From Candidatus Paceibacter sp. (lineage in GTDB: Bacteria; Patescibacteriota; Minisyncoccia; UBA6257; 02-FULL-45-10c), in NCBI GenBank assembly GCA_020724845.1, contig DYGE01000001.1, positions 122,664 through 186,663 of the forward strand: 64,000 nt of DNA, read 5' to 3'. The notes beneath the pieces are model-generated. The model was not told the DNA's origin, searched no databases, and saw only the letters and a list, made by a program, of their open reading frames with translations. Below, piece after piece: positions 55,319 to 64,000 of this stretch. The position numbers and the translations under genes were made by a program. Every line of letters starts with the position of its first letter. The stretch's first letter is position 1.

Positions 55319-55891
55319 ATGCTTAGTTATAATGAATTAAAAATTGGAACAATTTTTGAACTGGACGGCCAGCCGTATGAAGTTTTGTCATACGAATTTT
55401 TGCGCATGCAGCAGAGAAAACCGGTCGCCAAGACCAAAATTAAGAATTTAGTCACCGGTCAGGTGCTGGACAGAAACTTCCACCAGAACGAAACTTTCAG
55501 CGAAGCAGAGGTAGATAAACAAGAAGTTACTTATCTTTACAACCACCGCGGGGAATATTGGTTTTGCGAGAAAGGAAATCCAAAAAACCGATTCTCTCTC
55601 ACCGAAGAACAGCTCGGGAGCGCGGCTCAATTCTTGAAAGCTAATACCGACGTAACTGCGCTGAAATGGGAAGAAAAAATCCTGAACATCAAGCCGGCTA
55701 TCAAAGTTGACCTAGAAGTTACCGAAGCGCCGCCAGCCGAACGGGGCAATACTGCCCAGGGGGGCAACAAGCTGGTAACTCTGGAAACCGGAGCTAAAGT
55801 CACGACTCCGATGTTCATAAATACTGGTGACATCGTCAGGGTCAATACGGAAACCGGGCAATATGTGGAAAGAGTGGAAAAGGCCAAATAA
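55319..55891 (+). CDS. efp: Translation elongation factor P
   Basis: Full-length similarity to EF-P: N-terminal KIGTIFELDGQPYEVL and C-terminal GDIVRVNTETGQYVERV. Confidence 0.9.
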   Translation: MLSYNELKIGTIFELDGQPYEVLSYEFLRMQQRKPVAKTKIKNLVTGQVLDRNFHQNETFSEAEVDKQEVTYLYNHRGEYWFCEKGNPKNRFSLTEEQLGSAAQFLKANTDVTALKWEEKILNIKPAIKVDLEVTEAPPAERGNTAQGGNKLVTLETGAKVTTPMFINTGDIVRVNTETGQYVERVEKAK

Positions 55892-55894
55892 AAA

Positions 55895-55927
55895 AACCGC
55901 TAGTTCAAAAACTGGGCGGTTTTTTAT
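55895..55927. terminator. Bidirectional intrinsic terminator shared by efp and the convergent ATPase gene
   Basis: Hairpin aaccgc...ggcggtt flanked by an A-run and a T-run. Confidence 0.55.
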
Positions 55928-57609
55928 TATTCTGGCGCGATTTCATCTAAATCATCCTGGTCGCTTTGCTTGCTTAAAGACTTTTCCAAAGCCGCGCGCA
56001 ATTCGCTAAGGTCGGCTTTCTGCTCTGGCCGCCTGTCCGGCCTTTCCGGCTTTGGAGCGATAGGCGGAGGGGCTGGCGCCCGCGGCGGCCTGCTCGGCTC
56101 CTTCTCTTGGACCGGCTTCAATACATCGGCTAGCGGCCGTTCATGTTTCTTAGGCGGCCGTTCAGTTCTTGGCTGTCCCTCGTCTTTTCTTGGCGGCCTT
56201 TGGAAGCGCTGTTCCGCGCCTCGGTTGTAACTTGGGCGAAGCATCCTGGACATCGGCTGTTCCTGCCTCCTGCCCGGCCGATCAGAGCCAGCCCCTTCCG
56301 GCGCCGACTGCTTGCTTCGTTCCAGCCAATCTTCCGCGATCTTTCCTTCTATCACCTCTCTAGGCGTTCCGTAGTTTTTTCTAGTGTTTTGAATAATCAA
56401 TTCTTTGAAATTTTTCTCCGGGGTCGGATGCGGCGGAATAGTCATGGCCGAAAAAGGCCTGGAAGCAATGCCGTCAATCATCAGCTTAGTGTAGAAATTG
56501 TATTTGGGAAGATTCACGAAATCAATAGCCATGAAATCCGGCTGAAATTCCCTTTCCAGGAATTCCGCGTCTTCCGCGCCGACACGGAAAGAAAGCAATG
56601 TGCCGACGTTTCCGAAAATCGCGTCACGGACTTTAGTGTTGGTATCGCGGACCAGCTGCCTGATATATTGGTGGGCTAAAATCAAACAAAGGCGGTATTT
56701 TCTCGCTTCAGACAAGATGCTGGCGAAAGAATCAGTGGCAAAGTTTTGAAACTCGTCAACATAAAGATAGAAATCTTTTCTTTCGCTTTCCGGGATATCC
56801 ACCCGCGACATAGCGGCCAGCTGCAGCTTGGTAATGACCATTGCCCCTAAAAGCGCGGAGTTGTCCTCGCCGATTTTTCCCTTAGACAAGTTAAAAATCA
56901 GTATCTTTCTCTCATCCATTGCCTTTCTCATATCAATAGAAGAATGGGACTGACCCAGAATATTTCTGATCAAAGGGTTGGTGACCAGTTGGCCGACTTT
57001 GTTCTGAATGGCCGCCGTCGCCTCCGTCTCAAATTTCTGGCTGTATTTCGCGTACTCATTCACCCAAAAACCCTTAACCACCGGGTCTTTTAAATTATCA
57101 ACCACCTTTTTGCGGTAATCCTTGTCGGAAAACATCCGCATGATGCCTAGCAGCGTTGAACCGGGATACTCCAAAAGAGCCAGCAAAGCGTTGTTTAAAA
57201 TGTATTCCATGCGCGCCGACCAAAGATCGGCCCAAATTTTCTTGAAGACGCCCATAATGCCGGAGGCGACCAAATGCCGGAATTCGGTACTGACTTGTTC
57301 CAAGGGATTAAAGGCAATCGGATGCGCCATATCAGAAGGATCAAAATAAATCACGTCCTTTAAGCGCTCTTCCGGAATAAAATCCAAAAGGCGCTCGGCG
57401 AATTCTCCGTGCGGATCCACTACGCCGATTCCATGTCCGGCAAGGATATCAGAAATAACCATATTTTCTAATAAGGTCGTTTTACCGACGCCGGTTTTTC
57501 CGATCACGTACATATGGCGGCGGCGGTCATCTATCTTAATTCCAAACTGGATATTTTGGTTCCGGAAATTGGTTATCCCGAAATTTGTTTTTTTCTCTTG
57601 TTCTAGCAT
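55927..57609 (-). CDS. VirD4/TraG/TraD-like (type IV coupling protein / HerA-FtsK superfamily) P-loop ATPase with a Pro/Arg/Glu-rich disordered C-terminus
   Basis: Walker A YVIGKTGVGKTT, Walker B FYLYVDEFQNF, and a following ILAHQ segment typical of TrwB/TraG-type ATPases; 560 aa. Confidence 0.55.
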   Translation of the reverse strand: MLEQEKKTNFGITNFRNQNIQFGIKIDDRRRHMYVIGKTGVGKTTLLENMVISDILAGHGIGVVDPHGEFAERLLDFIPEERLKDVIYFDPSDMAHPIAFNPLEQVSTEFRHLVASGIMGVFKKIWADLWSARMEYILNNALLALLEYPGSTLLGIMRMFSDKDYRKKVVDNLKDPVVKGFWVNEYAKYSQKFETEATAAIQNKVGQLVTNPLIRNILGQSHSSIDMRKAMDERKILIFNLSKGKIGEDNSALLGAMVITKLQLAAMSRVDIPESERKDFYLYVDEFQNFATDSFASILSEARKYRLCLILAHQYIRQLVRDTNTKVRDAIFGNVGTLLSFRVGAEDAEFLEREFQPDFMAIDFVNLPKYNFYTKLMIDGIASRPFSAMTIPPHPTPEKNFKELIIQNTRKNYGTPREVIEGKIAEDWLERSKQSAPEGAGSDRPGRRQEQPMSRMLRPSYNRGAEQRFQRPPRKDEGQPRTERPPKKHERPLADVLKPVQEKEPSRPPRAPAPPPIAPKPERPDRRPEQKADLSELRAALEKSLSKQSDQDDLDEIAPE

Positions 57610-57614
57610 GTAAT

Positions 57615-58898
57615 TTAAATTGGCAAATTAGCCGGCGGTTCGCCCTTGCGGGTGTCCAAACGGCGCAGTAATGGCGCTTCAACCGTAACCAGCGGGAAGT
57701 GGAAAACTGTAGCTAGTTCCTCGGTATTCAAAATTGACGATTTTATGGGAAACCAGCGCATTTTATAAAGTTCATAGATGACGCGCTTGCGATAATTAAG
57801 CCGTTTCTTCCTAAACCAGCTTTTGTAAGTTAATTTCCTTGAAGTTATAAAGGTCAGCGTATCCGTGATCGGCTTAAAGCCGTTCATATCCTGGGTGCTG
57901 AACTGCTTGAAAGCGCCATTCACCGCCGCGATATTTGCGGGCGTAAAACTGTCTTGCCTATCAATATAAATAAACCTGATGGCAGCTTCATATCCCAGCT
58001 TGGACATTTTATTCTCCACGCCCTCCAGGATGTTCTTCTCGCCCGGAGAAAGGTGTAGCATCTTAATCTTCTCATCTTTCTTAGGGGCCTCTGACCAGAC
58101 AGGATATTCCGCCGGGGCTAAAGTTAGATTCCGCAAAAACTCAAAAAATCCGCCGACAATTACTTCAATCCAACCAGGCTTCTTCTCCTTTTTGCGATCC
58201 ATAATCTTATCCCGAATTTCATCGCCTTCCGCCTTCCATTTGTCCGGCACCGGCTTGAGTAAATATTGCAGCCAGATTGCTTCGCCCTCCTTCAGCCGAG
58301 ACATAACTTCCGTGATGGCGGCAATCGGATCTAAGCGCTGCTCCTCAACATTTGCCTCAAAAAATTCGTAAGTCTTGATAGGATAGACATTCTCTTTAGC
58401 TAGAATAAAATCGTTGCCCCACAAATCATAAGCGTCGTTGGGAAGCGTATCCGGCATCAGCTTAACATAATCTTCCGCTTCATGGAGCTCGGCGTCCGGG
58501 TATTCTGAATAGATCACTGATTCCACAAGATTTCTATGCGTCTCCGGGCAACGAACATAAAAATGCACTCCGCCGGCATAACCGACCAATTCAAAGGTAA
58601 ACCAGCTTAAATCGGATCCTTTGAAATATTTGTCCTCAAAACTCGGGTCGGTAACGTAAATGGCGTGCAGGGCGGAAAAAATATTTTCCATTGCCTTAGG
58701 GGTTTTAAGAATGTTGCGCGGTATCTTTATCTCTAAAAGAACCCACTTGATATCCAGCTTCCAAAGACGATTTAACCCCCACACCCAAAAATCTCGCCAG
58801 ACAAAAAACAAGCCGAGCGGAACAATAATCCACCAGCTGACTAAAAAAACCTCTAGAGTAGACTTGCCTATGCCGAAAAGAACGGTATTGAAATCCAT
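57615..58898 (-). CDS. Membrane protein partner of the VirD4-like ATPase
   Basis: Two N-terminal TM helices and a roughly 350 aa soluble domain. It lies 5 nt upstream of the ATPase gene in the same operon. Confidence 0.4.
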   Translation of the reverse strand: MDFNTVLFGIGKSTLEVFLVSWWIIVPLGLFFVWRDFWVWGLNRLWKLDIKWVLLEIKIPRNILKTPKAMENIFSALHAIYVTDPSFEDKYFKGSDLSWFTFELVGYAGGVHFYVRCPETHRNLVESVIYSEYPDAELHEAEDYVKLMPDTLPNDAYDLWGNDFILAKENVYPIKTYEFFEANVEEQRLDPIAAITEVMSRLKEGEAIWLQYLLKPVPDKWKAEGDEIRDKIMDRKKEKKPGWIEVIVGGFFEFLRNLTLAPAEYPVWSEAPKKDEKIKMLHLSPGEKNILEGVENKMSKLGYEAAIRFIYIDRQDSFTPANIAAVNGAFKQFSTQDMNGFKPITDTLTFITSRKLTYKSWFRKKRLNYRKRVIYELYKMRWFPIKSSILNTEELATVFHFPLVTVEAPLLRRLDTRKGEPPANLPI

Positions 58899-58953
58899 GT
58901 ATTAATTTTAGAACGAACAAGAACTAAAGTAAAAACCCTTGTATAACTAAAAG

Positions 58954-60045
58954 TTAGACAGACTTTACAGTATAACGCCCGTCGTCCAATCTCCTAAAGT
59001 GCTTGCGGTTTTGCAAGTTGATCATTACGGTGTTTTTCTTCAGTAATCGCTCCTTTAACACTAAATTCAACAGCTCTTTCGGAGTTAACGGCCCGTTTTG
59101 CTTAAGAATTCTAGCCATAACTTCCCTGGCAGTGCCCGGCATCAAACCGAACTCCTGCAAGCCGTACATTCCCCTGCCAACCAGAACAAAGCGGTTATCT
59201 TTAATAAGCTCATTATGGACAGTTTGAGGATGGGCGACTTTTTCAGAATTTTTTCTGACTTTATTAATCATCTTGGCAATATCTTGAAAATGGAGCGGTT
59301 TTTCGTTTTTCTTGAGCACTAAATGGGCCCAGTCTCGTACAGTTCTCGGATTAACCTCCGGCCATTGAGCAAGGCCGAAATCTCCGTATTCATTAACGTG
59401 AAATTCTTTGGAGGTGGAAATGTAATTAAGGGCAACCAAATCTTTCAGGTTATGCGGCTTAATTGCTTCGCTGAAAAGCGAATCAACATCCGCGTGGCTG
59501 ACTACCTGGCTCTTCTTGCCCTTCATAAATTTAACGAGTTTAGCCACTAACCCAACGGCCTTCTTCTGGTCTGCTTTATTCAAAGCCCAGTAGCTGTAAA
59601 CATTTTCGTCTTCCGGAACAAAAGTCAGATCTTTGGAGGCTTCTAAAAGAAAGCGGGCCTTGTTGCCAAAATTAGCCGTGTTGGGGTCGGCTACCATGGT
59701 TTTTAAGTCAGCGAACAGAAGGCTCTCCCTTCGGATGCCGCCGACATTCTTCAAGTGGGCCTTAACCAATTCAACAAATGCCTTGCCTTCGTTTTTCTGC
59801 AAAAGCTTATTAAGATCATTCAGGGCCCCGGCCTCAATCTGCCTTACTCTTTCTCGGGTAATACCCTTACTATCGCCGATTTCGGCTAAAGTTTTGGTTT
59901 GGCCGTCTTTCAATCCAAAACGACCCTCCAAAACTTCCCTTTGCCTTTGGTCGAGGGCTGCTAATAAATCACTGACTATTTTTGATACCTTGACGTTCAT
60001 AAAACGATTTATGTAGATAGTACCATAATTCCTTTTGGAATGCAA
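58954..60045 (-). CDS. Hypothetical protein with a sigma-70 region-4-like HTH at the N-terminus
   Basis: TLAEIGDSKGITRERVRQIEAGAL closely resembles the sigma factor region 4.2 HTH. The remaining roughly 280 aa are unassigned. Confidence 0.4.
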   Translation of the reverse strand: MHSKRNYGTIYINRFMNVKVSKIVSDLLAALDQRQREVLEGRFGLKDGQTKTLAEIGDSKGITRERVRQIEAGALNDLNKLLQKNEGKAFVELVKAHLKNVGGIRRESLLFADLKTMVADPNTANFGNKARFLLEASKDLTFVPEDENVYSYWALNKADQKKAVGLVAKLVKFMKGKKSQVVSHADVDSLFSEAIKPHNLKDLVALNYISTSKEFHVNEYGDFGLAQWPEVNPRTVRDWAHLVLKKNEKPLHFQDIAKMINKVRKNSEKVAHPQTVHNELIKDNRFVLVGRGMYGLQEFGLMPGTAREVMARILKQNGPLTPKELLNLVLKERLLKKNTVMINLQNRKHFRRLDDGRYTVKSV

Positions 60046-60219
60046 GTCTTACCTACTAAATATTTAACATCTATATAATAGCATACTTATATGAAAAGCG
60101 CAAGTCCCCACCAAGATTCGCGTAAGATCATCAAATAATCTGCTATCTTTTACGACTATATGTATTTTTTAAAATCACACATAGGATAACAGATTCCAGA
60201 AAAAATGTAAAGAGTCACA

Positions 60220-60462
60220 ACCACCAGAACCTATTTCAGCTGCACGCCTCCACCTGATAAACATAACCAGAAAGTATCCTCTGTGCGGCAACTGACGGAA
60301 TCCTGATTTGCTTGGTTCGCTTGCGAAAATCAGGATGAGACGTAGGCGGCGCTGATCGCAGGAATCAGCGAACGCTGGTGCCGGTAGGAGGATACTTTCT
60401 GGTTATGACACTTTGTCCCCACCGCGCAACCCGACGCAGCTGAAATAGGTTCTGGTGGTTTT
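60220..60462. repeat. Nested-palindrome element, copy 2
   Basis: Perfect outer inverted repeat accaccagaacctatttcagctgc / gcagctgaaataggttctggtgg. It has the same conserved flanks, the same 20 bp inner inverted repeat and the same conserved core as copy 1, with a different variable inner hairpin. It lies 18 nt 3' of the secF stop. Confidence 0.6.
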
Positions 60463-60479
60463 ACCTTCGGATCTAAATT

Positions 60480-61358
60480 TTATTTCCGGTGCAAAAAAGT
60501 AAGAAGTGGGCTGGCTACAAAAATGGAAGAATAAGTCCCGACCAGGGTGCCTATTAAGATGAGAAGCGTGAAAAAGCTTAAGGAAGAAGCGCCGAAGAAG
60601 TACAAGGCAACCAACACTAAAACCAGGGTCAAGGAAGTGTTGACCGATCTCGCCAGGGTCTGATTGATGCTGTCATTTATCACTCCGTCAAAACTGGCGT
60701 TCCTTTTAGAGAGCAAAAGATTTTCGCGTATTCGGTCAAACACAACGATTGTATCGTGGACCGAGAAGCCCATTATCACCAGAATGGCGACGATGAAATT
60801 CGTATCCGCCTCAACGCCGTATTGCCATCCCCAGAAAGCGAACACGCCGGCTGAAATCAGAGCGTCATGAAACAAAGTTACTAAAGTAGTCACTCCGTAC
60901 TTCCAAGAGCTGACCGGATAAGAAACCTTCCTGAAGGCGAAAGCAATATACAGAGATATGCCAATCAAAACCAGAACAAAAGCCAAAAGAGCGCGGCTGC
61001 GAAGCTCGCGTCCGATTGCCGGCCCGATGCTGGCAAAACTCAATTCTTCAAATTCTCCCAATTCCGCCTCAACTAATCCGGCCAGCTCCTGATGCCGTTC
61101 TTCCGAAATGTCTCTCATCCGGATTGAAAAATCTCCGGAGTTTTCGCCTTGCCTGACTAAAGCGTCTTCCTGATTTTCCAGCGCAGCTCTTATCGCGCTT
61201 ATACTAACATCATCAGAGATAAAACGTACCTGCCAGTGAGTTCCTCCAACAAAGTCTATTCCTTGTTTAAATCCGAAAACCGCCATGCTGGCTATGCCCG
61301 CTACAACCAGCAAAGCTGAAACTGTCAGATATATTTTTTTATATTTAATAATTTCCAT
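60480..61358 (-). CDS. secF: Protein translocase subunit SecF
   Basis: GIDFVGGTHWQV and the SecF TM pattern. Confidence 0.85.
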   Translation of the reverse strand: MEIIKYKKIYLTVSALLVVAGIASMAVFGFKQGIDFVGGTHWQVRFISDDVSISAIRAALENQEDALVRQGENSGDFSIRMRDISEERHQELAGLVEAELGEFEELSFASIGPAIGRELRSRALLAFVLVLIGISLYIAFAFRKVSYPVSSWKYGVTTLVTLFHDALISAGVFAFWGWQYGVEADTNFIVAILVIMGFSVHDTIVVFDRIRENLLLSKRNASFDGVINDSINQTLARSVNTSLTLVLVLVALYFFGASSLSFFTLLILIGTLVGTYSSIFVASPLLTFLHRK

Positions 61359-61370
61359 AATCGAAAGTTG

Positions 61371-62675
61371 TTAGTTGCCTGCCCGGCCAGGGTTAGTTGT
61401 TAGTCGCCCGGCAAACGCCCTTAATAATGTCCTAGTAACTGTAATCGCTGTGAACATGCTTACCAAAACACCGATGAGCAAAGTCAGGGCAAACCCCTTA
61501 ACAAAACTGGAAGTGAAATAGAACAGAATAATAGTAGTCAAGATAGTTGTTAAGTTGGAATCGCGGATTGAAGTCCAGGCTCGCTGGAAACCATCCTCCA
61601 CCGCTAATGCCCGGGAAGATCCTTTCGCTAATTCCTCTTTCATGCGCTCAAAAATTAGGATATTAGCGTCCACTGCCATGCCGATAGAAAGAACGAATCC
61701 AGCTATGCCAGCCAGTGTCATAGTTATGGAAAAGACCTTGAAAACTGCCAAAGTCAGAATTACATAAATTCCAAGCGCCATCACAGAAGCAAGTCCAAGC
61801 CCCCAATAATACAAAACCATAAACAGCATCACCGCCAGCGTGCCCCAAGCCCCTGCCATGATCATTTTCTGAAGAGAATCCTGTCCCAGAGACGCCCCAA
61901 CTGTCTGCTGATTGATCAGTTTAATTGGAGCCGGCAAAGCTCCAGCATTAAAGCGCTCCACTAATTCCCTGGCTTCCTGCAGGGTAAATTGGCCGGTAAT
62001 CTGCGCCTGCCCGCCAGTAATCTTTTCCGAAACTCGCGGAGCGCTGATTAAATTATTATCCACAAAGATCGCGAGCGGCTGGCCGACGTTTCTCTCCGTT
62101 ATGGCCTCAAAGAGTTCCGACCCTTCCGAATCAAATTCTATAAATATCTGCGGCTGATTGGTGACATTGTCAAAAACTAACTGGGCTTTTTTAGCGTAAC
62201 GTCCGGTTAATTCGGTCGGCCGGAAAGTCGGCTGATCCACCGTTTCAAAATCCAGGCCTAATTCTTCCGGCACCTCAACTTGCTCAACCGATTCAACCTC
62301 GGCAAAAAATAGAAATGGGGTTTCGCCGATCTGCTGAATGGCTTCGCTGATATTCTGAACTCCGGCCAGCTCAACTAATATCCGATAAGAATCCCCGGCT
62401 TTGGAAGTAACCACATTCGGCTCGCTAACGCCGAACAAATTAACCCGGCGCTCCAAGACATCCCGGAGACCGGACATCACCGGATCGCGATCCGCGAAAT
62501 CAACCCCGGACATATCAACTTCATATATCAATTGGCTTCCGCCAACTAAATCCAAACCAAGCCGCCACGGCAAGAAGCTGTCTATGGCTTTTCCTTGCGG
62601 GTACACAAAATAGCCGGCTAGAACCGTTATCGCCAAAATTACCAAAAGAGTTGAAAATGCTTTCGCGCGAGACAT
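61371..62675 (-). CDS. secD: Protein translocase subunit SecD
   Basis: GLDLVGGSQLIYEVD, the periplasmic domain and the C-terminal TM bundle. Confidence 0.85.
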   Translation of the reverse strand: MSRAKAFSTLLVILAITVLAGYFVYPQGKAIDSFLPWRLGLDLVGGSQLIYEVDMSGVDFADRDPVMSGLRDVLERRVNLFGVSEPNVVTSKAGDSYRILVELAGVQNISEAIQQIGETPFLFFAEVESVEQVEVPEELGLDFETVDQPTFRPTELTGRYAKKAQLVFDNVTNQPQIFIEFDSEGSELFEAITERNVGQPLAIFVDNNLISAPRVSEKITGGQAQITGQFTLQEARELVERFNAGALPAPIKLINQQTVGASLGQDSLQKMIMAGAWGTLAVMLFMVLYYWGLGLASVMALGIYVILTLAVFKVFSITMTLAGIAGFVLSIGMAVDANILIFERMKEELAKGSSRALAVEDGFQRAWTSIRDSNLTTILTTIILFYFTSSFVKGFALTLLIGVLVSMFTAITVTRTLLRAFAGRLTTNPGRAGN

Positions 62676-62784
62676 AATGAATTAACCAACAACCTACAAC
62701 TTGCGACTCACAATATAAAATAAACAATTAGAAATTATTCTACTACAAACAGATAAAAATTGAAAGAGAAAAAGGAAATCAGCT

Positions 62785-63414
<630 letters not shown>

Positions 63415-63526
63415 AGATTAAGTAGCGCTACTTAGGAAACCACAAAGAGTATTTTCTTTGTGGTTTTCTGGCTAGTTGCTTCTATAAAAATAACTCCCTT
63501 TCGGGAGTTATTGCAAGCTGGCTGGC

Positions 63527-63871
63527 TTAATGCCCAAACTCTTCAACCACCTGCTGGCTTTTGAGATAACTAAGAATTTTAGAAGTAACTTCTGGTATTA
63601 TTTCTTCCCAGGCGAACGCGTGAGCAATTTTGATGTGGATGTCGTACTGGTCCAGCCAAATGCTCTGAACACCACTGACCCGAAAAAGCTGTTCGGCCAA
63701 ACCGTAACCCTCATTCGGAAACCCATAAGAATCTACTTGGACCAGATCCCACCTTCGCATATATACTTCCAAACGAGTATTAATTAAAGTCCTAATGCTA
63801 AAAAGCATAATTGACGGGTCTATCGTTCTTATTACATCAATCCTATTCCACTGCGGGTCTCGTTTTTTCAT
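63527..63871 (-). CDS. Hypothetical small protein
   Basis: A 114 aa ORF with a terminator hairpin aactcccgaaagggagtt just downstream. Confidence 0.3.
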   Translation of the reverse strand: MKKRDPQWNRIDVIRTIDPSIMLFSIRTLINTRLEVYMRRWDLVQVDSYGFPNEGYGLAEQLFRVSGVQSIWLDQYDIHIKIAHAFAWEEIIPEVTSKILSYLKSQQVVEEFGH

Positions 63872-64000
63872 TTAGTTTTCAAGTTGAGGCGATCCTGGCT
63901 ATAGATTACCAGAATTTTATTAAAAAATCAAGCGCTTGATTTTTTATTTTCTCCTGCTATCCTTTTATCAGTTCTGAACTTAAGCGAATAAGAGGCAGTT

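Overview
This 64 kb window is gene-dense and almost entirely coded on the minus strand. It looks like a small-genome, moderate-GC (about 45%) bacterium with Patescibacteria/CPR-like traits: a shortened ProRS and AlaRS, an RpoA without the alpha-CTD, two MreB paralogs, a split ComEC, and many small secreted or membrane hypotheticals. Recognisable core genes, left to right:
- tpiA (partial)
- mrdA (PBP2)
- mreB
- proS
- rseP
- frr
- holB
- a second mreB-like gene
- murA
- the ribosomal block rpsI-rplM and rplQ-rpoA-rpsD-rpsK-rpsM-rpmJ-infA (rpmJ is below the ORF-track cutoff and was found by hand)
- alaS
- rpoD-dnaG
- rpmB
- tRNA-Pro(GGG)
- a DEDD exonuclease
- ndk
- a pyrH-like kinase
- aspS
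- lemA
- comEC (two ORFs)
- mnmA
- murC
- a sugar nucleotidyltransferase
- efp
- a VirD4/TraG-like ATPase with a partner membrane protein
- secF-secD
- ppiB.

Non-coding and accessory content worth a second look:
1. A conserved nested-palindrome element of roughly 200-330 bp, present twice (3469-3798 and 60220-60462), each copy directly 3' of a minus-strand gene stop (mreB, secF).
2. A family of at least six intergenic hairpin repeats that share a GTCAACCCC foot.
3. A roughly 620 nt GC-rich non-coding transcription unit (54472-55100, minus strand) with a consensus sigma70 promoter and an intrinsic terminator; it is neither a recognisable RNase P RNA nor a tmRNA.
4. Two GC-rich islands that look horizontally acquired: a TelA/PspA-like coiled-coil cassette at 23.4-25.2 kb and a LemA cassette at 43.2-45.8 kb.
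5. A 9 kb run of hypothetical membrane and secreted proteins (19.6-28.4 kb) that includes a metzincin-like protease.

All calls come from reading the sequence and from motif recall. No searches were run.
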